64,000 bases of DNA, from contig CAVZLN010000006.1 in the NCBI GenBank assembly GCA_963776245.1, positions 480,001 through 544,000 of the forward strand, written 5' to 3'. The position numbers and the translations under genes were made by a program. The notes under the pieces were generated by a model, which ran no database searches, was not told where the DNA came from, and was given only the letters and a program-made list of their open reading frames with translations. The stretch comes from Candidatus Eiseniibacteriota bacterium. GTDB taxonomy: Bacteria > Eisenbacteria > RBG-16-71-46. Positions 37,916 through 46,870 of this stretch are shown here, in pieces (the stretch's first letter is position 1; each line of letters begins with the position of its first letter).

Positions 37916-38899
37916 TTGGCATTCGCGCGCACGAAGGTGCCGTCGCTCGTTCCGGCCGCCCGCGCGGCCTTTCTGGCCGCTGCGGCGGCGCTCGCGTTCA
38001 CCGCTGCCGCGCACGCGGGGGCCTGGCTGCCCGCGCCCGGCGAATATCAGACCGAGTTCCACGCCAGTGGGTTCTCCGCCGATTCGTGGCACGGCGCGGA
38101 CGGCGCCCGCTGGCCGCTCGCGGGCAATGGCCTGTACGAGGTCCGCAGCCTGGTGGCCACCACCGACATGGGCTGGAAGAAGGGGCGTTCGTTCTTCCTC
38201 TCCATCCCCTTCAGTGGGGTCACGCGCCGCGAGGGAGCGGCCCGTACCGGGGCGATCCCCGGATACAGCCGCACCGAGACCGGGCTCGGCGACCTGGTGA
38301 TCGGCTTCCGCGTGAAGCTCAAGCAGACGACCAGCGCGCTGTCGGTGGACCTGGCGTGGAAGGCGCCGCTCGGTTACGCCCGCGACTTCGCGCGGCGGGA
38401 CTCGCTCGGCCGCATGCTCACGGTGACCGGAGCCCCGGGCGACTCCTCGCGCCCCGCGGTGGCCCAGTACCCGCCCACGCTCGGCGCCGGTCAGCAGGAC
38501 CTGATGGCCACGCTCAACTGGGGCACGCCGCTGGCGCGGCGCGGATTCCTCGACGCCTCCGTGGGCTATCGCTATCGCTTCGAAGCGCCCGCCGACCAGA
38601 TCATCGCGCGCGCCGACCTCGGCCTGTGGCTGGGCTCGCGCCTGCTGGTGGGCGGCCGCTACTCGGGCGAGATCGCGGCCGGCGACGGTGAGACGCCGGG
38701 CGACAAGGTGACGCGCCATCTGGCCGGGCCGATCCTGCTGCTGCGGGTGGACGACCGCTGCGACGTGTTCGCCGGCTCGTTCCACACCGCGTCGGCCGAG
38801 AACGCGCTCCACGTCGACCAGCTCTACGCCGGGATGGCGTTCAAGGTGACCAAGCTCGACCGGCTGCAGGGCTGGCTGGGCGGCATGCGCAAGCCCTGA
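37916..38899 (+). CDS. Exported protein, probable outer-membrane beta-barrel
   Basis: AAGGAGG RBS and TTG start, signal peptide ending AHA, GLGD motif, alternating amphipathic strands. Confidence 0.6.
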   Translation: MAFARTKVPSLVPAARAAFLAAAAALAFTAAAHAGAWLPAPGEYQTEFHASGFSADSWHGADGARWPLAGNGLYEVRSLVATTDMGWKKGRSFFLSIPFSGVTRREGAARTGAIPGYSRTETGLGDLVIGFRVKLKQTTSALSVDLAWKAPLGYARDFARRDSLGRMLTVTGAPGDSSRPAVAQYPPTLGAGQQDLMATLNWGTPLARRGFLDASVGYRYRFEAPADQIIARADLGLWLGSRLLVGGRYSGEIAAGDGETPGDKVTRHLAGPILLLRVDDRCDVFAGSFHTASAENALHVDQLYAGMAFKVTKLDRLQGWLGGMRKP

Positions 38900-38973
38900 C
38901 GCACGCGGACGCCGACGGGCGCGCGTGGCCTTCGCGGGCGCGCGCGCCCTTCGTCGTTCGGGAGGGACGACCG

Positions 38974-40719
38974 ATCCGCGACCTCGTCGCGCGCCTGCTG
39001 CCCCACCTCGCCCGCCACCGACGAAGGCTGGCGTGGGGCATCGCCTGCGTGGTGGTGGCCAACGTCATCGCGCTGGCCCAGCCGCAGGTGCTGCGATTCG
39101 CGGTCGACGACCTGTACCGCGGCGTCACCGCCGCGAAGCTCGGGCGCTACGCCTTCTTCCTGCTCGCCATCGCCATCGTCGCGGGCGTGTTCAAGTACTG
39201 GATGCGTCAGGCGGTCATCGGCGTCTCGCGCGCCATCGAGTACGACCTGCGCAACCAGCTGTTCGCGCACCTCCAGCGCCAGCCGGTCCAGTGGTTCCAG
39301 GCCGAGCGCACCGGCGAGATCATGTCGCGCGCCACCAACGACCTCGCGGCGGTGCGGCTGATGTTCGGCCCGGGCATCATGTACCTGGTCAACACCGTCA
39401 CCGTGGCGCTGGTGGCGCTCGGGTTCATGGTCGCCATCAGCCCGCGGCTGTCGCTCTACTCCCTGCTGCCGCTGCCGCTGGTCTCGCTCTCGGTGTGGTT
39501 CTTCGGCGATCGCATCGAGCGCCGGTTCGAGCGCATCCAGGCCCACTTCGCGCTGATCTCGGCGCGGGTCCAGGAGAGTCTCGCGGGCGTCCGCGTGGTG
39601 CGCGCGTTCGCGCGCGAGGACGCCGAGCTCGACGACTTCCAGCGCCTCAACCGCGAGTACCTCGAGAAGAACCTCGCGCTCATCACGACCTCGGGGTTCC
39701 TCTACCCCGCGCTCGGCTTCCTGTCGGGGCTCGCGGCGCTGCTCGGGCTCTACGTCGGCGGGCGCGAGGTGATCAAGGGCCACATCACGCTCGGCGAGTT
39801 CGTGGCGTTCACCGTGTATCTCGGCATGCTGAACTGGCCGATGGTCGCGCTCGGCTGGGTGGTGAGCCTGTTCCAGCGCGGCAGCGCGTCGTTCCGCCGG
39901 CTGGACCAGATCCTCGAGGTCGAGCCCGCCATCGCCAGCCCGCCGGGCGCGGCGGCCCCCGAGCCGGCGCGTGGCGCGATCGAGTTCCGCGGACTCACCT
40001 TCACCTACCCCGGCGCCGCCGCACCCGCGCTGCGCGACGTCTCGCTCACGGTGCCGCCCGGGGCCACCGTGGCGCTGGTCGGCCACACCGGCGCGGGCAA
40101 GTCCACGCTGCTCGCGCTGGTGCCGCGCCTGTTCGATCCGCCTCCCGGCACCGTGTGGGTGGACGGCGTGGACGTGCGCCAGTGGGACCTCGAGGCGCTG
40201 CGCGCCCGGCTCGCGGTCGCGCCGCAGGACACGTTCCTGTTCTCGGCCACGCTGGCGGAGAACATCGCCTACGGCATCGCGCGCGCCGAGCGCGACGCGA
40301 TCGAACGCGCCGGGCGAGTCGCCCACCTCGAGGACGACGTGGCGCGGTTCCCGGAAGGCTGGGACACCGCGGTCGGCGAGCGCGGGCTGACGCTCTCGGG
40401 AGGGCAGCGCCAGCGCACGGCGATCGCCCGCGCGGTGCTGCGCGACGCCCCCGTGCTGCTGCTTGACGACTGCCTCTCGAGCGTGGACACGCACACCGAG
40501 GAGGCGCTCCTGCGCGGGCTCCGTGCCGAGATGCGCCGGCGCACGACGCTGCTGGTGTCCCATCGCGTGAGCGCGGTGCGCGACGCCGATCTCATCGTGG
40601 TGCTCGAGTCCGGCGCCATCGTCGAGCGCGGCACCCACGCGCAGTTGATCGCCGCGTGCGGCCGTTACGCCGACCTGGTGCGCGAACAGCAGCTCGAAGA
40701 GGAGCTGGAGGCGTCGTGA
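38974..40719 (+). CDS. ABC exporter half (TMD+NBD, MdlA/YheI-like); apparent ATC start
   Basis: GHTGAGKS, LSGGQRQR, degenerate Walker B LLLDD; first canonical start at 39049 lies inside TM1. Confidence 0.9.
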   Translation: MRDLVARLLPHLARHRRRLAWGIACVVVANVIALAQPQVLRFAVDDLYRGVTAAKLGRYAFFLLAIAIVAGVFKYWMRQAVIGVSRAIEYDLRNQLFAHLQRQPVQWFQAERTGEIMSRATNDLAAVRLMFGPGIMYLVNTVTVALVALGFMVAISPRLSLYSLLPLPLVSLSVWFFGDRIERRFERIQAHFALISARVQESLAGVRVVRAFAREDAELDDFQRLNREYLEKNLALITTSGFLYPALGFLSGLAALLGLYVGGREVIKGHITLGEFVAFTVYLGMLNWPMVALGWVVSLFQRGSASFRRLDQILEVEPAIASPPGAAAPEPARGAIEFRGLTFTYPGAAAPALRDVSLTVPPGATVALVGHTGAGKSTLLALVPRLFDPPPGTVWVDGVDVRQWDLEALRARLAVAPQDTFLFSATLAENIAYGIARAERDAIERAGRVAHLEDDVARFPEGWDTAVGERGLTLSGGQRQRTAIARAVLRDAPVLLLDDCLSSVDTHTEEALLRGLRAEMRRRTTLLVSHRVSAVRDADLIVVLESGAIVERGTHAQLIAACGRYADLVREQQLEEELEAS

Positions 40720-42584
40720 CGCTCCCCGAGGAGGAGACCAGCGGTCGCGCGTACGACCACCGCCTGATGCGGCGGCTGCTCGGCTACCTGCGTCCCTACC
40801 GCCGGCAGGTGGCGTGGGCCACCGTGGTCGTGATCTTCGATTCCCTGGTGCAGCTGATCGGCCCATGGCTCACCAAGGAGGCCATCGACCACGGCATCCG
40901 GCATCGCGACCTCGGCTATCTCGACCGGATCGCGGTCCTCTACCTGGCGGTGCTGGCCGTGGGCTTCGGGCTCGGCTACCTGCACCAGCAGATCATGCAG
41001 CGCGTCGGGCAGCGGCTGATGATGGACCTGCGCACCGATCTCTTCCGCCATCTGCAGCGCCTGCCGATCGAGCACTACGACCGGAATCCGATCGGCCGCA
41101 TGATGACGCGCATCACCAACGACGTGGACACGCTCAACGAGCTGGTGACCGGCGGCATCGTCGCGATCTTCGGCGACCTGTTCCTGCTGACGGGCATCGT
41201 CATCGCGATGGTGCGCCTCAATGCCGAGCTGCTGGGCGTGACGTTCTCGGTGCTGCCGCTGATCGCGATCGGCAGCCTGTCGTTCCGCACCCTGGTGCGG
41301 AGGTCCTTCCGGGACATCCGCAACCGGCTCTCGCGGCTCAACGTGTTCCTCAACGAGAACCTGACCGGCATGAGCACGGTCCAGCTCATGAACCGCGAAC
41401 GGCGCAGCTTCGAGGACTTCCGAGCGCTCAACGCCGCGCATCGCGACGCCAATCTCAAGGCGGTCTTCTACCACGCCATGTTCTTCCCGCTGCTCGACCT
41501 GGTCGGCGCGATCGCGATCTCGCTGATCGTGTGGTACGGCGGCCGCCAGGTGATGTGGCAGGGCATCACGCTCGGCATCCTGGTGGCCTTCATCCAGTAC
41601 ACCCAGCGGTTCTTCCGCCCGATCTCGGACCTGAGCGAGAAGTACAACATCCTCCAGCAGGCGATGGCCTCGGCGGAACGCATCTTCCACCTCCTCGACA
41701 CGCCCGCCGATCCCGCGCTCGGGCCCGGCGGCCGCGTCGGCGCGCTCGCGCCGGTGGCGCGCGCCGACCTCCGCGGGCGCGTCGAGTTCGACCGCGTGGG
41801 GTTCGCGTACGACGGCGAGCACTTCGTGCTCGAGGACGTGTCGTTCACGATCGCGCCGGGCGAGAAGGTCGCCCTGGTCGGCGCCACCGGCTCGGGCAAG
41901 ACCACGCTCGCGAGCCTGCTGATGCGCTTCTACTCGCCGCAGCGCGGCACCATCCGCGTCGATGGCCGACCGCTCGAGGAGTGGGACGCGCGCGCGCTGC
42001 GCGCCGCCATCGGACTGGTGCTCCAGGACGTCTTCCTGTTCTCGGGCACCATCGAGAGCAACCTGCGCCTCGGCGACGGCACGCTGGCGCCCGAGGCCAT
42101 CGATCGCGCGGCGCGCGAGACGCACGCCCACGAGTTCATCGCGGCGCTCCCCGGCGGGTACGCCGCCGAGGTGCGCGAACGCGGCGCCACGCTGTCGGGC
42201 GGCCAGCGCCAGCTGCTGGCGTTCGCGCGCGCGCTGGCGCGCGACCCGCGCATGCTGGTGCTCGACGAGGCCACCTCCTCGGTGGACACGCACACCGAGT
42301 CGCTGATCCAGGACGCGCTGCGTCACCTGATGCGCGGGCGCACCAGCCTGATCATCGCGCACCGCCTCTCCACCATCCAGGACGTGGACCGGATCGTGGT
42401 GCTCCATCGCGGCCGGGTGCGCGAGCAGGGCACCCACGCCGAGTTGCTGGAGCAGCGTGGCATCTACGCCCGGCTCTACACGCTCGAGGTGATGGGCGCG
42501 CGCAGGCGCCGCGCCCCGGCGCGCGCGGGCGACTGGACCACCGACGCGCTCCCGGCCGTGGACTCGGGACTCAATCTCGCGTAG
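40716..42584 (+). CDS. ABC exporter half (TMD+NBD, MdlB/YheH-like)
   Basis: GATGSGKT, LSGGQRQLL, LVLDEATSSVD, IAHRLST; GTGA overlap with partner gene. Confidence 0.93.
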   Translation: MTLPEEETSGRAYDHRLMRRLLGYLRPYRRQVAWATVVVIFDSLVQLIGPWLTKEAIDHGIRHRDLGYLDRIAVLYLAVLAVGFGLGYLHQQIMQRVGQRLMMDLRTDLFRHLQRLPIEHYDRNPIGRMMTRITNDVDTLNELVTGGIVAIFGDLFLLTGIVIAMVRLNAELLGVTFSVLPLIAIGSLSFRTLVRRSFRDIRNRLSRLNVFLNENLTGMSTVQLMNRERRSFEDFRALNAAHRDANLKAVFYHAMFFPLLDLVGAIAISLIVWYGGRQVMWQGITLGILVAFIQYTQRFFRPISDLSEKYNILQQAMASAERIFHLLDTPADPALGPGGRVGALAPVARADLRGRVEFDRVGFAYDGEHFVLEDVSFTIAPGEKVALVGATGSGKTTLASLLMRFYSPQRGTIRVDGRPLEEWDARALRAAIGLVLQDVFLFSGTIESNLRLGDGTLAPEAIDRAARETHAHEFIAALPGGYAAEVRERGATLSGGQRQLLAFARALARDPRMLVLDEATSSVDTHTESLIQDALRHLMRGRTSLIIAHRLSTIQDVDRIVVLHRGRVREQGTHAELLEQRGIYARLYTLEVMGARRRRAPARAGDWTTDALPAVDSGLNLA

Positions 42585-42768
42585 CGCATCGGGCGCGCGT
42601 TCGCGCTCCCCGCGCCGGTTCCGAGGGGTCTCGCACGAGGTTGCCCGCGGGCCCGCACCGCGGGCCCGGCCGCGGCGCAGGTTGTCCTTGCGCCGCCCTT
42701 CCATCGCGACCTATCGTCCGGCGCATCCGGTACGGAGGCCGGCTCCATCTCGCTGGAGGGACCCCACC

Positions 42769-43170
42769 ATGATGCGCCTCTTCTTCGTCGTCCTCGTCGC
42801 GTTCGCCGCGTGGTACGGATACAAGCACTGGCCGGAGCTCATGAACCGCACGCCCGGCCACGAGGCGGTGATCGTCAACAACTGCGGCCAGACACTCGCC
42901 CGAGTGCGCCTGAAGGTCGACGGTCAGACCATGGTGAAGGAACAGCTCGCGGACGGCGAGAAGGCCACCTTCACGTTCAAGGTCGCGAATGACGCGACCT
43001 TCGATCTCACGTACGAGTTCGCGCACGCGATGGGGGTGCGCCACTGGACCGGGGGCATGGTCCCCAAGGGCCCGCTGACCCAGCGGCACTTCATCCAGAT
43101 CGACGGCGACGGCCAGGTGGTCTACGAGGCGAGGTCCAAGGGCGTCGGAGCCCCGGGCCCCACGCCCTAG
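42769..43170 (+). CDS. Hypothetical protein with N-terminal membrane anchor
   Basis: GGAGGG RBS; MMRLFFVVLVAFAAWYGY followed by a beta-rich domain. Confidence 0.75.
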   Translation: MMRLFFVVLVAFAAWYGYKHWPELMNRTPGHEAVIVNNCGQTLARVRLKVDGQTMVKEQLADGEKATFTFKVANDATFDLTYEFAHAMGVRHWTGGMVPKGPLTQRHFIQIDGDGQVVYEARSKGVGAPGPTP

Positions 43171-43215
43171 CCGGCCGGGCCTCCCGCGCGCGGCATCGGG
43201 CGCCGCGGGGGCGCT

Positions 43216-43698
43216 CTAGTCGACCTGGTCGAGGTAGAGCTGCTGATCGTCCGTCGAATACCCGATCAGCTCCGAGTACCTTCCCCAGTCGATCACCGTC
43301 TTCAGCAGCGCCTCGGCATTCTCCGCCGGCAGGTGCAGCGCGATGATCTCGAGGAACGCGTCCTCGTCGGCGCGGTGGTCGTCGGCCCGCACCAGGGCCT
43401 CGACGACGGCGCGGAACAGCGGCAGCTTCTTGATCTGCTCCTTGAGGAGCAGCTTGCGCGGGTTCACCTTCGCGCGCAGGAGCGCGCTGCCGGTGCCGGT
43501 GAGCACCACGTCGGCGCCCGGGGTGACCACCAGGTCGAGCATCTCGGCCGCCTTGATGACCTGCAGGATCTCGCCGAACTCGTAGTGGATGTCACGCGCG
43601 AGCCGGAACACGTCGTAGCGGCCCCCGGCGTCGTCGAGCACCTCGAGCAGGCCGATGACCTTGCTGATGGCGACGTGCGGGATCGGATCGATGGGCAT
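43216..43698 (-). CDS. Standalone AAA-associated C-terminal domain (as in NitT/TauT ABC ATPases)
   Basis: GLLEVL..GRYDVFRLA..AAEML..TVIDWGRYSELIGY pattern. Confidence 0.75.
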   Translation of the reverse strand: MPIDPIPHVAISKVIGLLEVLDDAGGRYDVFRLARDIHYEFGEILQVIKAAEMLDLVVTPGADVVLTGTGSALLRAKVNPRKLLLKEQIKKLPLFRAVVEALVRADDHRADEDAFLEIIALHLPAENAEALLKTVIDWGRYSELIGYSTDDQQLYLDQVD

Positions 43699-43713
43699 GG
43701 GGAGGCCTCGCCG

Positions 43714-45459
43714 TCAGGCGACGGCGCCGGCGCGCTGCACCGCGGCCTCGGAGGCGAATCCCTGGCGCTTGATCTTGCCGGTGGTGGTCTTCGGGAACTC
43801 CTGCCGTCGCACGATCACGCGCTTGACCCGCTTGTACGGCGCGAGGAAATGGCAGCGCTGGTCCACCTCGCGCCGCAGCGTCTCCTCGACGAAGGCGTCG
43901 TCGAACGCGCGTCCGGCCTCCCGGGCATGGTCCTCGAGCGCCGGCAGGTTCGGGTAGATGTGGGCGTGGACCTCCTCGCGCTCGCCGCGCGCGTCCCGGC
44001 CGCCCGCCACCACCACCTCGAGCACGTACGGGCTGTTCGCCAGGTGGACCTCGATCTCCTCGGGGTAGATCTTCTTGCCGGCGGCGGTCGCGATCATGTT
44101 CTTGAGCCGGCCGGTGATCTTGACGCGGCCCTCGCGCGTGAAGTGCCCGAGGTCGCCGGTGTGGAACCAGCCGTCGCGGAGCACCTCGGCGGTCCCCACG
44201 GGATTGCCGAAGTAGCCCAGCATCACGTTCGGGCCGCGCACCACGATCTCGCCGTTGCCCTCGTCGTCGGGCGCCTCGATGCGCACTTCGACGCCCGGCA
44301 CCGGCGCGCCCACGGTGCCCGGGTCCGGCCGCGGCGGACGGTTGGCGCAGGCCACCGGCGAGGTCTCGGTGAGACCGTAGCCCTCGAGCATGATCCAGCC
44401 GAGGTCGATGTACCCCCAGAACACGTCGGGGGCCAGCGGCGCGGCGCCGGTGATGAACATGCGCAGCGCCCCGAGCCCCGCCGCCTCGCGGACCGGCCGC
44501 ATGAGCGCGCGCCCGATCCGGCGCCCGAACAGCATGCGCGCGAGCCGCACCGTCCACAGCAGCGACTGCGCCACCAGCCGGCGCGGCACCGGCGCATCGC
44601 CGATGCCGCGGTGGATGGCGGTGAGCAGCTTCTCGTAGAGCAGCGGCACGCCGATGAACAGGGTGGCCTTCGAGGAGGTCATGTCCTCGCGCAGCTCGCG
44701 CGAGTTGAGACCGCGCGCGAACGCCACGCTGGCGCCGATGCGCATCGCGCACAGCTCGCCGGTGGACTCGAAGGTGTGATGCAGCGGGAGCACCGAGAGG
44801 AAGCGGTCGCCGGGACCGAACTCGAAGGTCCGGGCCACGGTCTCGACGTTGTGGAGCAGGTTGGAGTGCGACAGCATCACGCCCTTGGCCTGGCCGGTGG
44901 TCCCCGAGGTGAACAGGAGCACGGCGAGGTCGTGGGGGCCGGCCGCGAGCGTGCGCGGCGGCGCGTCCGGGAAGCATCGCTGGGCCTCGTCCCAGGTGGG
45001 CAGCCCCTCGGCCGCATCGAGCGAGATCAGCCGCAGCCCGGAGATCCGCGACTCGCGCACCCCTTCGAGCACGGCCCGCTGGCGGGAGCTCACCACGCAG
45101 CACGCGGCGCCCGCGGTGGCGAGGATCTCGCCCACCTCGACCGCCTTGAGCTGGACGTCGAGCGGCACCACCACCGCGCCGGTCTCGAGGATGGCGAGGT
45201 AGGCGAGCATCCACTCGGGACGGTTCTCGCTCTGGAGCCCGACCCGGTCGCCCGGCCTCACCCCCTCGCGCTCGAGCAGCGCGGCGAAGGCGTGCTGCGC
45301 GCGGGCGGCGGCGACGAAGGTGTAGCCCTGCCACTCGCCCGAACCATACCGGAGCAGGAATGGGATCTCGCCGTACTGGCGAGCCGCGAAATCGACCAGC
45401 TGGGGAAGGAGCCGGACGACGGGCGTGGGGGCCGCTGAGGACACCGGACTGGAAATCAC
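43714..45459 (-). CDS. AMP-dependent synthetase, long-chain fatty acyl-CoA ligase-like
   Basis: FTSGTTGQAKGVMLSH, LPLHH, EGYGLTE, WFHTGDLG, ITGRLKN, PKTTTGKIKR. Confidence 0.93.
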   Translation of the reverse strand: MISSPVSSAAPTPVVRLLPQLVDFAARQYGEIPFLLRYGSGEWQGYTFVAAARAQHAFAALLEREGVRPGDRVGLQSENRPEWMLAYLAILETGAVVVPLDVQLKAVEVGEILATAGAACCVVSSRQRAVLEGVRESRISGLRLISLDAAEGLPTWDEAQRCFPDAPPRTLAAGPHDLAVLLFTSGTTGQAKGVMLSHSNLLHNVETVARTFEFGPGDRFLSVLPLHHTFESTGELCAMRIGASVAFARGLNSRELREDMTSSKATLFIGVPLLYEKLLTAIHRGIGDAPVPRRLVAQSLLWTVRLARMLFGRRIGRALMRPVREAAGLGALRMFITGAAPLAPDVFWGYIDLGWIMLEGYGLTETSPVACANRPPRPDPGTVGAPVPGVEVRIEAPDDEGNGEIVVRGPNVMLGYFGNPVGTAEVLRDGWFHTGDLGHFTREGRVKITGRLKNMIATAAGKKIYPEEIEVHLANSPYVLEVVVAGGRDARGEREEVHAHIYPNLPALEDHAREAGRAFDDAFVEETLRREVDQRCHFLAPYKRVKRVIVRRQEFPKTTTGKIKRQGFASEAAVQRAGAVA

Positions 45460-45466
45460 GCGGAAG

Positions 45467-45495
45467 ACACTACAGCCCTGTCAAATGCTGGTCAA
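45467..45495 (-). promoter_or_regulatory. Putative promoter for a leaderless acyl-CoA ligase mRNA
   Basis: TTGACC-N17-TAGTGT, GTG start 7 nt downstream. Confidence 0.55.
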
Positions 45496-45511
45496 GAACC
45501 GCCATGCCCGC

Positions 45512-46777
45512 TCATCCGCGGCTCCATTCGAGCACGTGCTCGCCGGGGACGGCGCGCATCTCGACCTCGCCCCGGTCCACGCTCACCTCGGCGCCCCCGG
45601 CGCCGCCCGCCACCGTCGCGCCGGTCACCCCCGCGGGGGCGGTGAAGCGCAGCGGCTCGCGCGGCTCGCCGTGATGGCGCACCAGCGCGCCGCGCCGCGC
45701 GAGGGCACGCACCGACCACCCGCGCGTCTGCAGATCGCGTACCTCGAGATCGGTCAGGAAGCGCGCGCCCGCGGCGCACAGCGCGGCCAGCAGGTCGCGG
45801 AGGGCGGCGCGCCCGCCCTCGGACCAGCGCGGATCGAGGTGCGCGTAGTTCACGCGGTGGGTGCTCACGACCGCCGGCCGGCCGGCGCTCCACGCGGCGC
45901 GCACCTTGCGCGCCGCGGCGGCCGGGCCGACGCGGTCCCGCGGCTGATCGGGGCCACACGGCTCGAAGGCGATCCGCGCCGGCATGCAGAACAGCCCGCC
46001 CGCCCGCGCGGGCCACCGGAGGTTCCGCATCAGCCGGCGCGCCGCCGGCAGCGTCGCGCCCGCCTGCTCGGCCCTGCCCTGCAGGACGAGGATGCCGTGC
46101 CGGGGCGCCTCCTCTTCGAGCCACGCATCCCAGCGATAGTCGGGCGGGCAGAGCGAGGACGGCCCGCGTCCGAACAGGGCGCGGAAGCGCGCGACCGCGG
46201 CCGCCAGCCGCCGGCCGCGGTCCGCGATCGGCTCGCGCGGATCGTACTCGCCCGCGGCCTCGACCGCCTCGCACACCACCACCTGCTGCTCGTGCGCGCG
46301 GCACGCGTCGGCTGCGCCGCGGCGCAGCGCTGCCAGCCACGCGGTCTCGGGCAGGTGATGCAGGCCATGCAGCTCGGGCCACCATGCCCCGGACTCGAGC
46401 GCGGCCGCGACCTCGCCCCACAGCCCGGGGCGGTTCCAGCGCCCGGGCGTGGACGGAAGATCCAGCAGGGGCAGCACCGGCACGTCGAACCGCGGCGGCC
46501 CCATCGCCGCGAAGTCGGGCGCGGCCATCACGGTATTGGCCTGCCACACCGGGGGGTGCCCATCGCCACCGCGGAACTCGAGCAGGGTCTCGACCAGCCG
46601 GCGCACGTCGGCCGCGCTCTCGAGCGTGGAGGCGCCGTAGCGCCGGCCCGGGGCGCTGCGATACGCCGGGCAATCGGCGAGCGCCCGTGCCGCCTGCTCG
46701 TCGGCGGACCAGGCGCACAGCCCCCAGTCATCGCTCTCGAGCACCACCGCTTGGAGTCGGCGCCAATCCAGGTTCAC
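45512..46777 (-). CDS. Polysaccharide deacetylase-like (CE4/NodB-type barrel) hypothetical protein
   Basis: VVLESDDWG, PELHGLHH, CPPDYRW, STHRVNY; GTG start 46777. Confidence 0.6.
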   Translation of the reverse strand: MNLDWRRLQAVVLESDDWGLCAWSADEQAARALADCPAYRSAPGRRYGASTLESAADVRRLVETLLEFRGGDGHPPVWQANTVMAAPDFAAMGPPRFDVPVLPLLDLPSTPGRWNRPGLWGEVAAALESGAWWPELHGLHHLPETAWLAALRRGAADACRAHEQQVVVCEAVEAAGEYDPREPIADRGRRLAAAVARFRALFGRGPSSLCPPDYRWDAWLEEEAPRHGILVLQGRAEQAGATLPAARRLMRNLRWPARAGGLFCMPARIAFEPCGPDQPRDRVGPAAAARKVRAAWSAGRPAVVSTHRVNYAHLDPRWSEGGRAALRDLLAALCAAGARFLTDLEVRDLQTRGWSVRALARRGALVRHHGEPREPLRFTAPAGVTGATVAGGAGGAEVSVDRGEVEMRAVPGEHVLEWSRG

Positions 46778-46870
46778 GCGTGGGCCTCGGGACGGTCGTT
46801 CGGGCCGCGCGACTATAGCACGCGTGCGTCCGGGCTTGACCCCCGCGCGCGGAGCGTGGCACCGTGCGGC

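Noticed and set aside
42648..42668. GC hairpin with ACC loop, like that at 63680-63710, as a REP family
   Set aside because: Stems differ in sequence and two copies are too few to support a family.
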